Assembly (NCBI RefSeq): GCF_000315625.1
Contig: NW_005434654.1
Coordinates: 802,593-866,592, forward strand
DNA from: Guillardia theta CCMP2712
Taxonomy: Eukaryota; Protista; Cryptophyta
DNA length: 64,000 bases
Reading direction: 5' to 3'
Shown here: in pieces, positions 54,475 to 64,000 of the stretch
Layout: every line of letters starts with the position of its first letter
How positions within the stretch are numbered: position 1 is the first letter of the stretch
Position numbers and translations under genes: made by a program
The notes under the pieces: model-generated
Seen by the model: the letters and a program-made list of their open reading frames with translations, nothing else
What the model was told of the DNA's origin: nothing
The model's database searches: none

Positions 54475-54902
54475 GGAGTGTAGAGCCATTGCTCGAACCT
54501 GTCGAAGAGAGGAGCGGGAGTTGTCGGGTTTGGAGCAGGAGAGAAGCGGAAGTTGATGTGAACGTCTCTCGTTCGCTGTCTCTTGCACTCCTCTGCTTGC
54601 TCTCAACTTTTGAACCGCCAACATCGATAAACCCTTTTGTCCGAGGGAAGTATCCCAGGGTTCGCCTTGGCACGCTCCATGAAAATTCCCGTCATTCTCA
54701 CTTGCGGTTCTTGCAACATGCATGCATTCCGATCGTGGCAGTGAACGAGACGCAGAAACGACCAACGACGAACAAATCACTGCAAACGTCGTTTTTTATG
54801 CGGAAAAAACTGCTGCTCAAAAGATTATGTACTCATGTCATGAAGCTTTTCTAAGCATGTCTTCCGGAGGGTGGAGGGAGGTAAGAAATAATACAGAGCT
54901 AT

Positions 54903-55551
54903 TTACCAGCCCTGGTGCCTCCAGTTGTTGTATCTTGCCTTCATGGTGGCTCCAATGTTAACGGCAGAGTGGTACTCCTTGTCGCCCATGGCAATGGCGT
55001 TCTGGGAGGGGAAGAGGCCCAAAGACTGCAGGGAAACATCGCAAGTGAGTCACCTTGCGGATTTTGACACATGCAACAGAGTGCAACAGGGAGAAGGAGA
55101 AGATATAGAGATATTGGTCCTCCATGTTCTAGCTTACAATGACATACCACATATCTACAGAGGAATTCGGGATTTGAAAAATCGATGGAGGATATGATCA
55201 TGTTCTACAGGATTCCCCCTAACTCGATTCAAACTCATACTTCGGACAAGATTTAACAATGCTCTAACGGAGCGCATGAATGCTCTAACGGAGCGCATGA
55301 ATGCCCTAAAGGAGCGCATGCAACAGCATGACAACTCGATCAACATAACATGACTGAAATGATGTCAGGTCGGCAACCAGTTCGGTACCATCGTAGTCAC
55401 AGCCATTCTTTGCATTCTCGGAAGAACGCAGGAAGCATATCATCAACATTATGCTCTAACACACACAAGGAGAGAGGAGAAGTCGAGAGGAGCGATCTGT
55501 TCGCGCAGCAACCTGCATGGTGAGCTTCTCGGGGATGAGCTTGGAGAGCAT
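54903..55551 (-). CDS. Small two-exon protein (53 aa), unknown function
   Basis: gccgccATG context; exon 1 55551-55513 MLSKLIPEKLTMQ, GT...CAG intron, exon 2 55025-54903 SLGLFPSQNAIAMGDKEYHSAVNIGATMKARYNNWRHQGW*; strongly C/G-ending codons. Confidence 0.6.
55258..55320 (+). repeat. 21-bp tandem repeat x3 (aatgctctaacggagcgcatg)
   Basis: Two exact copies plus one with 2 mismatches, inside the intron of the small gene. Confidence 0.95.
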
Positions 55552-55757
55552 GGCGGCACTTGCAGATGACTCTTCCCCAGGGGTCACCAGGCAGGAAAGA
55601 GGACCGCAGTCATAGGTAGGGTAGAAGGTGGATGATATTCTAATTGAGCTAATAGGTAATAACGATAAGGCTGCTAGGAGGACTCTAGCTCTTTATCCTG
55701 GTGCGGGCATGAACTCACATAACTTAACTAATTATCAGTGGAATGATCGAAATTACT

Positions 55758-55890
55758 AGCCGCGCCGGGCGGCCGGGCCGGGGGCGCCGGCCCGGCCCGG
55801 CCGCCCGGCCCGGGCCCCCGCTCAGCGGCGCCGTGGCACTGCGCCACCGCCCGCCCGTGACTGCACTGCGGCACTGTGACACCGAGCCTC
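55758..55890. promoter_or_regulatory. GC-rich intergenic element, copy 4
   Basis: gccgcgccgggcggccgggccgg...cccgggccccc...gtgactgcactgcggcactgtgacaccgag in AT-richer flanks. Confidence 0.4.
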
Positions 55891-56143
55891 AGATAAGAGA
55901 AGATGCCAAGAGCGGGTGTCGGATAAACAGATCATGACTCGCAGATAGGATAAGAGAAGAGAAAGTGATAGCGAATTTGACTTTTTTCATTTCTTGGAGG
56001 CTTTGAGAAAAACTGAGTCGTGACTCATTTCACGGTCACCGGGTGGTTTCCCAAGATCATGCCTTGGGATTTAACGAAGGATCAAAAACAAACAGGCAAA
56101 GATGAGAAGAATCAATGAAGGAGAATACAGAATTCCGGCTGTG

Positions 56144-56989
56144 TCAATTCACCTCTGTCTCTGCTACGTATTGCATGTCGTCAATCTGCGGGATGAGACA
56201 ACGAAATCCCGTGCTTGAAGAAGAATTGCTCCTGATGTGCCTCCCAGCAGAGAAATTTTCCATGTATTCAATAATCTCTGCCTTGAGATTTGCTGTCGTC
56301 TTGTTTCCGTCCTCTGCACAATCCTGGTAGTAGAGCATGCGAGTAACGTATTCTTCCTTCAGACGAGCACCGAGCTCTGGATCAAGGGTCTTGGCGATCT
56401 TGCTGCTGATTTTGCAAATACCCGTTGCAGTCGCTTTGCTGAATCGCTCCAGTGCCTCGATGCATCTCAACAAGGAGCTCATGGTCTTCAGTATGCCCTT
56501 CTTCCTTCCTATCTGAAACGACCACAACTTCTCGGCATCTTTCTCGCACTCTCGCTTCCTTCGCTTAATATCTTCAAGCACCGATCTATGGCATGCTTGT
56601 GCTGTGTCGACGTTGATACGAATCTTGCAGATCAGCTTGAAGCAGACCCCATCAAACCCGGTAGGAACTAGTTTGCTCAGACTAGTCCTACAAAGAGGGC
56701 AGGATGTACACAAGCCGTCCCCCAGGCTGGATATCAAACAGATCGTATGATACGAATGGCCGCATGATGTCATTGTCACGCTGGTTGATTTCCCCAATAC
56801 ATCGAGGCAAACAGGACACTCCGCCTCGCAATAGGTTTCCGAACGCTCGATTACGTCATTTGTATGATTTTCCAACAATTGACGTAAGTGAGCTTTCAGA
56901 TCGCTGTAGCGTATCATGCCGTCCGCAAACTTGACATCACATTGCTCTAAACGAGTTAATTCTTCCGACAAGAACTTGCCAACCGGCAT
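56144..56989 (-). CDS. Intronless SPX-like protein with an internal RING-H2 finger (putative E3 ligase)
   Basis: MPVGKFL...MIRYSDLKAHL (SPX N-terminus), CPVC-x14-CGHSYHTIC-x12-CPLC (RING-H2), then LERFSKATATGICKISSKIAK (SPX C-terminal helix pattern). Confidence 0.75.
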   Translation of the reverse strand: MPVGKFLSEELTRLEQCDVKFADGMIRYSDLKAHLRQLLENHTNDVIERSETYCEAECPVCLDVLGKSTSVTMTSCGHSYHTICLISSLGDGLCTSCPLCRTSLSKLVPTGFDGVCFKLICKIRINVDTAQACHRSVLEDIKRRKRECEKDAEKLWSFQIGRKKGILKTMSSLLRCIEALERFSKATATGICKISSKIAKTLDPELGARLKEEYVTRMLYYQDCAEDGNKTTANLKAEIIEYMENFSAGRHIRSNSSSSTGFRCLIPQIDDMQYVAETEVN

Positions 56990-57529
56990 TGGGAGGAGTG
57001 AAAACTGATACTCAAAATATGTGATAAATCTGCACAATCAATCAAACCTCTCAATGACGAAGTGAAAAAGTGAGACCGGGAATGCTCCAGTACGAACAAA
57101 CTTGTAGCAAAGAAAGAGTTGCAACCGCCACAACCTAAGATCAGCATGTCATGACAAATTTCGTGCGAGAGCAACGTGAGGCTATCAAATGCCAAAAATG
57201 CGACAAACATGCGCTAAGTGGATGCAACGCAGAGTATTAACGACATCGCTCAAATGTGATGAAAATTATTCGTTGACATGAAATGTACAAGAGCCCTCAA
57301 AATGCTTCTGCAACCTCGGTCTCTCATCTTCCAGAGTGCGTCGCATCTGGAACCTATCTCGCCTTCTGACTCAATCTCTGTCTTTCATCATATCCTTGAT
57401 CTACTTCTCATGCTTCAGATTAAGTTACACTGATCATTCTAACTTCTTGACATCCCATGCCCCCTGACCTCAACCTCTTCTCTCAGTTCTCGCGCTGGCT
57501 CATCAGCTCTTGTGGCCCTCCCCCGCGAT

Positions 57530-58625
57530 CATTGCGCCAAAAATGGGCACCACCCCTATCTCCCTAGAACATAAACCCTACCCCTCAGAGAATAGGCTCC
57601 CCCACTACAATCTTTCTCCCCACCCCTATGACCCTATGCATCTGTTACCCTACCCCCTTCTTCATAAAAAACATCTTTCATCCACCCTCTCCCCCATCGA
57701 CCACCCCCCATCCCATCACCCGTACCCTCCATAGCTCTTCTATCCGCATGACCACCCCATGGCCAGTAGTGGTGACGTGACCTATTATTTTTGCTGTCGT
57801 ACAGAAAATCTTAATTTCTACCCCACCCGCACATCCCCCACCCCCCTGCCTTCGGCAGACCCTCACGGAACAGACCACCCCGCTGAGTGTTCCTCTGCAT
57901 ACTACCCCTCCATCAATACCCCCTTCGGACTGTTTTTTTCTACGTCCATGGAACCGTGGTTTAGTCTTGAATTAATCACCCCCACCCTCATGAAATTGGT
58001 CACGTTTCGTGGCGGACAGCTCCTGCTCCCAATCCTTTGACTACCCCTATAAGTCTCGATTTTCACCCCACCCTTAGTACCAGATCACGTCCCTGCAAAG
58101 TCTCCTACCCCCTGATTCTAGAACCGATTCCATGCTATCCCCCGATTGTATCTACGACCCCCCGACGGCCCCCTGCGCAATCATTGTACCTCTCGTGTTG
58201 TTTTTAGGCAGGGGGTGAGGGGGTGCTTTGATGGTGGTAGTACCTAGTAGACCCATCATTTCCCTAATACTTTGTATAATGGAATGGGGGTAGGGGTTAT
58301 CAGCTTGTCTAAACCACCCTTCATCTTGAAACCACCCCCACGGGCGACTCAGAATCAACTTTCACCTCGATTTTGCCGGAATTCCAGAGCTCCTGTTGAC
58401 CCTCTACCCACCCCCAATATGCTCGTATCGGCCAACACTGTGGAGAACCAGGACCTGGCAACCCCACCTTCATGGAGCCCTTTTACTGTTCATTGGTGAA
58501 AGCAAGAAGTCGTGATCTTACGGCTTCTGGGGCTCACAATGGACAACCCACCCCATCCAGAGTGTCCACACTGATCTGCTCAAATACGTACTGAGACGGG
58601 AAGGTAACCCCTACCCCCTATCCAT
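57530..58625. promoter_or_regulatory. TACCC/GGGTA-rich intergenic island (largest example)
   Basis: Many taccc/acccc/ggggta words between the divergent SPX-RING and WDR37 genes; the same signature occurs at other 5' intergenic regions. Confidence 0.45.
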
Positions 58626-59287
58626 CGGAGCTTCCACCGGGTCCTTGAAAAGACCCGGGGTTTTGCATGTTCATTGTCGGTCATGTTGAACACCTTTCAG
58701 TCGTCATCACGTCACGAGCGCCGGCCGGGCCCCGGGCCCGGACGATGTTCCGAAGTACGCCCTGTAGCACTCAAGCTCATTATCTGATTAGGAGAATCAG
58801 CCACAAAATCAACTTTCTCGTGTGTTTTACAAAAGCAAGAATGCGAGTTGTTGAAACTGGGAAGGGGACTTTGCGACTCATACCCCCCGCCAACCCCAGA
58901 AATGCTCTGCAGAAATGTAGTTGCTGCGAGGAGATGCGGGCGATGGATGGAGGGAGGGAGGGAGGAGGGAGGGAGGGAGGAGGTACAGGATGGGGGAGGA
59001 AACGATCAGTGAGAGTTGATGTGAGTCCTGATGGCATGATTTTGTATCTAGTAAACAGATGATCTCGACAAATAGGGAAAGGGAGATGCGAACAAAGAGA
59101 TAAGCAGCGAAAAGATGCTTCAAGGACAGTAGAGCGTCAAGCGAAAACGCCGGGACCGAGAATGAAACTGTGGAAGGAGGAAGGGGAAGCTGTTGGAAGC
59201 GAGGACCATGCTTGCATTTGATATGACATGGCTTCAATGATGTACCCCTATAATGGAGTCTGTGATGCAGGCCCTCGTCTTCGGAGC

Positions 59288-61227
59288 ATGGCGACGACGC
59301 AACAAGGGATGATCTCGAGTGCGAGCAAGATCTCTGAGCAGGTTGCAGTCCTTCTGTCCTTCCTTGGTTGTCCTGTCCACTCACAGCCAGCAGGTTCCCC
59401 TCCACCTGGTCAACCTGAGGAGTCTCTTCTCACAGATTGAGCGGGAGTTTGAACTGCTGTTCCTGTATGCCCTCCACTTGTCTCCTCAGCGCATGCTTGA
59501 CTCCGGGGACACAGGGAAAACGCTCGATTGAAGACTCAGCTAAACAGCAAGGAGCCCTCCCACTCGCCCCTCTCCAGGGGCTGGGCTGAGGACAGCAGGA
59601 GTGAATCGGGAACAGATTCGCCGCTAGAAGCATCCCTCCACCAGAGGAGCAGCATGCCTGGGGACCATTCGCCAGCGTCAGAGAAGCACGGGGATGCGGA
59701 AGACTCGCCCTCCTCCTTTGTCGACCTGTCCCATCGGAGGCCCCAGCCGCAGCTGAGCTTCGAGGAGCTCGACAAGATCATGAATGCCAAGTGAGGCTGC
59801 GAGTCCCTGAGGGTGGCGATTGATGCTGTACATGCAGGAGGGACGAGAGGAACGACAAGACTGCATCGCCTGCTCGAGCTCAATCTCCTCCTAAGGGCAC
59901 GAGTGGTGGGTCACAGAGGTGGAAGGGAGGGCATCCGAACAAGCCAGCGGCGCCTCCTGGCGAGGCCCAACAGGGGACGCTGCAGGCAGCGGCTTCATCG
60001 CGCGCGAGCCCAACGGCTGGGGCCCTGGGGGGAAAGGAGTCGATCGGGGAGAAGATCAAGTCTCGAGGACTGAAGTTCATGTCCAACGCTGTGGGAAGGT
60101 TCAAAGACTCGTCGATAGCGGTGACACGGGTCTTTCGTCAGGGGAACGATGATGAAGCTGTAGAGTGGAAGATGGTGGGGCAGCTGAAGGGGCACACAGA
60201 TGGGGTCTGGAGTTTGACGTCAAGCTCGTGGGGAGGAAGAGGCGATGGCCTGCTGGTGAGTGCGTCGGCTGACAAGAGCGCGAAGGTTTGGTCTGCAGCC
60301 AACTACCAGGAGTTGTTCACTTTGAACGGGCATAAAGGCTCTGTCAACTCGGCCAAGTTTCACAGGACTGAGAGGATACTCTGCACAGCCTCGGGGGACC
60401 GGAGTTGCTGTGGTGTGTGCTTTGCTTTGAGCCTTGATCTTGTTGCATTCAGTGACATCTCACCCTTGTTCGCAGTTTGGAAGTTGCCTGCCCTGGACAA
60501 CTTGGGCGGGGACAAGGAGGAAGGGCGGAGGAGCGACGTCAGGCGCCAGTCCCTCAAGGCCAGCCTGACGCTCTGGGGACACTCGGACGTGGTGAGCAGC
60601 GCAGCATGGATAGCGCTCTCTGACAGCATCGCAACGTCATCATGGGACAAGACGGTCAAGATCTTCGACGCGTCCGGCGCCAGCAGCAAGCCGTTGAGGA
60701 CGCTGATGGGGCATGACGGGCCGCTGACGAGCATCGCCGGATCGCCCGACAGCCATCTCCTCCTCTCCTCATCGCGAGACTGCACGGCTCGACTGTGGGA
60801 CGCGAGAAGCAGCTCGCACCTGGTACACGTCTTCCAAGGTCACTCCAACACCGTCACCTCCGTCCAGCTGTCGCATGACGGGAACTTGGCGGTCACAGCG
60901 AGCGACGACTGCACAGTGAGGCTGTGGGACCTCAAGGCGCGGCAGACGCCGCTGATGATGGTCAAGTGCGGCAGGAACAGCGTCAAGTCCATCAGCTTCG
61001 CCCAGAGGTCAGGTATGATCTCTGCCGTGCTGAGCAACGGGACCGCACGGGTCTACAACATCGAGGGCGTCAAGGTCGGGGTCCTCAAGGGCTCCCCCGA
61101 GGAGGGCACGACTCGCAGCAAGAACCCCAAGTACCTGGCATGCACGACGTGGGGCAGGGAGGAGGAAGCGATCTTTACGGCCGGTTTTGATCCCTGCCAC
61201 ATCGATTGCTGGAAGATGCTGCCGTAG
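59288..61227 (+). CDS. WDR37: WD40 repeat protein, WDR37-like
   Basis: N-terminal LRSLFSQIEREFELL is characteristic of WDR37; WD repeats GHTDGVW, SASADKSAKVW, GHKGSVNS, TSSWDKTVKIFD, SSSRDCTARLWD, TASDDCTVRLWD. Confidence 0.85.
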
Positions 61228-61610
61228 AGAAGGGGCGGGTCGGTCCCCCTGGTCGATTCTGAGCTGACGACGGGGATATTACCGTCGTCTTCCACTTCCT
61301 GTTGTGCTCTCTTGTTAAGAATTCCCTTGCTGCTGTCTTGCTTATATTGTTCTATTAAACATTACAAAGTCTGCATGCGCTGCTGAAACAGACTTGGCTC
61401 CGCCTTATTCTTCGTCCCTCCCCTTAATCTCACCCTCTCCCTCCTCCGCCCGCCTCCGTCTCCTCCCCCTCCCTTGCTAGTCCTGCCCGTCTCCCCCCTT
61501 CCGTCCCCTCCCGCACTCCCGTACACCTCATGGATTCTTTTATTAGACCTCCGGCCCCTTTTCGCTCCCCTGTCCCCCGATCGGCCTCGCCAACAGGGCC
61601 GGCGGTCGTT

Positions 61611-62445
61611 ATGGCAGACAGAGGAGGAGGAGAAGGAGGAGGAGGAGAGGAGAACACTGCTCCTCGGAGGTCGCAGAGTGTGATAGCAGAGACATGCGGG
61701 AAGGAGCTGGAGGACTTCCTCAACTGCTCCTGCCATGTCCCTGAGAGGTTCTGACGATGACGATGGTGATGTCCGAGATTGTGAGATTTCTTCGCAGCTC
61801 GGAGCAGAGGAGGTTGTGCTCGAAGCTCATGTGCAAAGGTGAGGAAAGCAGAGCACGTCGATGGACAAGAGGAGGGGAAGAGGAGGGAGATGAGGGGAGG
61901 GAGAGGATGGCGAGGAACATGGTAGGGGAGGGAAGAGAAGAGGAAAGCCGGGGAGGAGAGAGGGGAAGTGAAGGAAGGAAGGGATAAGTCTTGTTGGCTC
62001 AGAGTTGGAGAAGGGAATTCGAGAATGCACGGCGAAGAACTTGAGGGACGCGCTGCAGGAGGTGCGAGAGCGAGGTTGGGATGCTGGCAGGTAACCGGGC
62101 TGCATGCAGGTTGAGGGAGCTTGTACGAACGAGCTGGATGCGTTTGTGGGTGGAGGAAAGCAGGAGGGAGGGAGCTGACAGGGATGGCTCAGGTCAGGTG
62201 CTACGCTAGTACCACCAAGGACGGCTCGTCGGCCCTGTGCAGCGACATGCGCACAGCGCTCAGCGTGAGTGCCTCGTGCAGGAGGGAGACTGGCCGCTCC
62301 TCTTCCTCCCTCCTGAGCTCTCCTCCCCGCTCTGATCGCCTCCCTCCCCTTATTCCCTTCGTCCTCTCATCGTCCTCCCCGTTAGGTCTGCGCCACTCGG
62401 GTGCTGGGTCCTCGTTCTCCTCTCTTCACTCAAGGGCTCGGTAGA
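61611..62445 (+). CDS. Small Cys-rich protein with several CX9C motifs (CHCH-like)
   Basis: Spliced: CGKELEDFLNC, CK|ELEKGIREC, CSDMRTALS|VC. 3' end uncertain. Confidence 0.5.
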
Positions 62446-62522
62446 CGTCTTCCTGCCCCTCCTCGCATGCTGACGCGCAGCCTCTGCAGACCATCCAGCG
62501 TCCCTCGTGCAGTATCGCATCG

Positions 62523-64000
62523 CTACCGGCCAGACGATCCTGGACTGATGAGACGGGCCGGCGCAGTCTCGAGCCGCTCGAGTTCTCCTGCTGAGGAGGA
62601 GAAGAAGAGAGCAAGGTCGAGGACGGGCGCCAGTTGCTCGTCTGTCCTCGTCGTCCCCTGGATCAAACATCCAACATCCGTAGGAATAGACGTGTGCTCG
62701 AGGACGGTGTGGTCGTAAGAGATGCGGAAATGAAGGCAGGGCTGACAAGCACCTCTGTCAGCAGACACATCCTCCCTGGGAGAGCTGGCGTACCTGACCC
62801 TCGCATAGCTCACCATGAAGGAGGTTGAGGTAGAGAATTTTCCAGCGGATCTCTCCTGCTGTCCGCTGGTGCTCAATCTTGACAAGCTCTTGTACGGGCA
62901 CATCGAGCTCGTGGAAGACGATGCGCAGCACCTGAAACGCTGACGTCAGCTGTGACATTGACAACCAAACGACTACTTTGTCCACAGGAGCGACAAACTC
63001 CTTAAGGGAGTTCTCGAGGATGTACGAGGCCCCATCAACAGGGACAATCCACTGACAAAGAGATCAGGGGGGGAGAAACGTAGGAAACAAATCTCCTCAC
63101 AGATTTCAGACCTAGAGCTTTGACTGTTAGGTGACTTGACATGATAGTTCCCTCCCCCTTCCCCACCAGAGCTACTCAAAGTTGCGTCACACAACGTAAA
63201 CATGCGGAGATCTTCGAGCCCGACCCGGACATACTTCGATCATGGTGGTGCCACGGCGGGCAAAGACTGCTGAGTACACCTGCGAGCACGGTCTCCACCA
63301 TGAAGGGCAAGTGGAGGAGAGTTGTTACGTGTGTGCCATGAGGAGTCACGATGATTGAAGCCTGACTGACTGCCGCTGCGACTTGAAGCAGAGAGTGGCT
63401 CCTCTGCTCGCTCTGTATGACCTCGATCCTACCCGTCGATGATGGCATCTGTCGAACCCGAAAATCCTCAGGAGGTGAGACCGGCAGACGCATTTCAGCA
63501 ACCTTTCTAGCAAGGACTTGAGCTGCCCATTGAAGTGACTGAGCGAGCTCTTTGCTGTTGAGCATGCACCTGCTCCTCTTCCTGCAACTTTCTAGAGTCC
63601 CTCTGCTCATTCAAGCCTCAATCAACCTCTCGTACAGATGTAGACTCCCCTTACCGCACGAAGAGAACGATGCTGGGCCAGCCACTGTGCATCCTCCTCG
63701 AAGAGGAGTGAGCCTCGGCATACGAATCGTCCTGGTAGCAGAGCTCGCATGTCGCATCGCCAGTAGAAGGCAAACGCAGCGAGTCAAAAGCTCTGCACAG
63801 GTCACGGTGCTGATTCCTGTGCCACATGGGAGACTCGATGGTGTGGAAAAGCCTTCGAAGCAGCAGCGAGAAATCCTTCTGTAATCCCTTTAGTGAGGAT
63901 GGGAAACGTTTTCCTTCACAAGTCACCTGCACCAGCCTCAACGCATGTGGGATGGTGACACCGATTTCAGGAAACTGCTCAAGCTGAGATCAGCTGCATG
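62523..64000 (-). CDS. GT61 (DUF563)-like glycosyltransferase, 3' part; continues off the right edge
   Basis: PSIVLFVR|GTLESCRKRSRCMLNSKELAQSL...IEVI...SLLQVAAAVSQASIIVTPHGTHVTTLLHLP follows the GT61 pattern (ilfisR..RrilNe.e...A.vivgpHGagltn). Confidence 0.55.

Noticed and set aside
55258-55320. 21-bp repeats as a CRISPR-like array
   Set aside because: No spacers and no cas genes; simple intronic tandem duplication.
58637-58658. Hairpin ccgggtc-cttgaaaa-gacccgg followed by Ts, like an intrinsic terminator
   Set aside because: Eukaryotic nuclear context; a 7-bp stem is expected by chance.
63611-63805. Apparent third signal peptide + LRGG presequence
   Set aside because: Out of frame with the GT61-like reading frame that splices cleanly (IVLFVR|GTLESC), and it starts at GTG.

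Overview
Gene-dense nuclear DNA of a eukaryotic alga with a red-type complex plastid. The short GT-AG introns (about 45-55 nt) with CTGAC/CTAAC branch points and the signal peptide + Phe-starting transit peptides on FNR and SBPase fit a cryptophyte of the Guillardia/Hanusia type; this is inference. About 24 genes, nearly all spliced, are reconstructable by eye, mostly in head-to-head pairs: a tandem-WWE/probable lipase protein, Rab6, GT13-, GT41- and GT61-like glycosyltransferases, a membrane-anchored coiled-coil protein, plastid FNR, kinesin-9 (KIF6-like), an RNI-like LRR protein, an alpha/beta hydrolase, LSm5, a NudC/CS protein, a class 3 lipase, a tandem-PH protein, SBPase, a MATH-MATH-FYVE-like protein, WDR37 and a CX9C protein. 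The standout is 17324-21686: a PPDK/PEP-synthase regulatory kinase-pyrophosphorylase (PDRP, DUF299) with a presequence, spliced in frame to two C-terminal LOV-like PAS domains that both lack the photoactive Cys. It is a candidate light/redox/ligand-sensing switch for carbon metabolism and lies tail-to-tail with FNR. Other oddities: a RING-H2 finger nested inside an SPX domain, a doubly degenerate Gfo/Idh/MocA + pyrimidine-5'-nucleotidase fusion, a signal-peptide-bearing GT41, a GnT-I-like protein lacking its EDD motif, a 53-aa spliced microprotein missed by the ORF track, and two recurrent intergenic element classes (TACCC/GGGTA islands and GC-rich CCCGGGCCCGG/CACTGAGA islands). There are four assembly gaps, one beside a 309-bp inverted duplication and one inside the kinesin. 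Gene models are manual and many boundaries are approximate.
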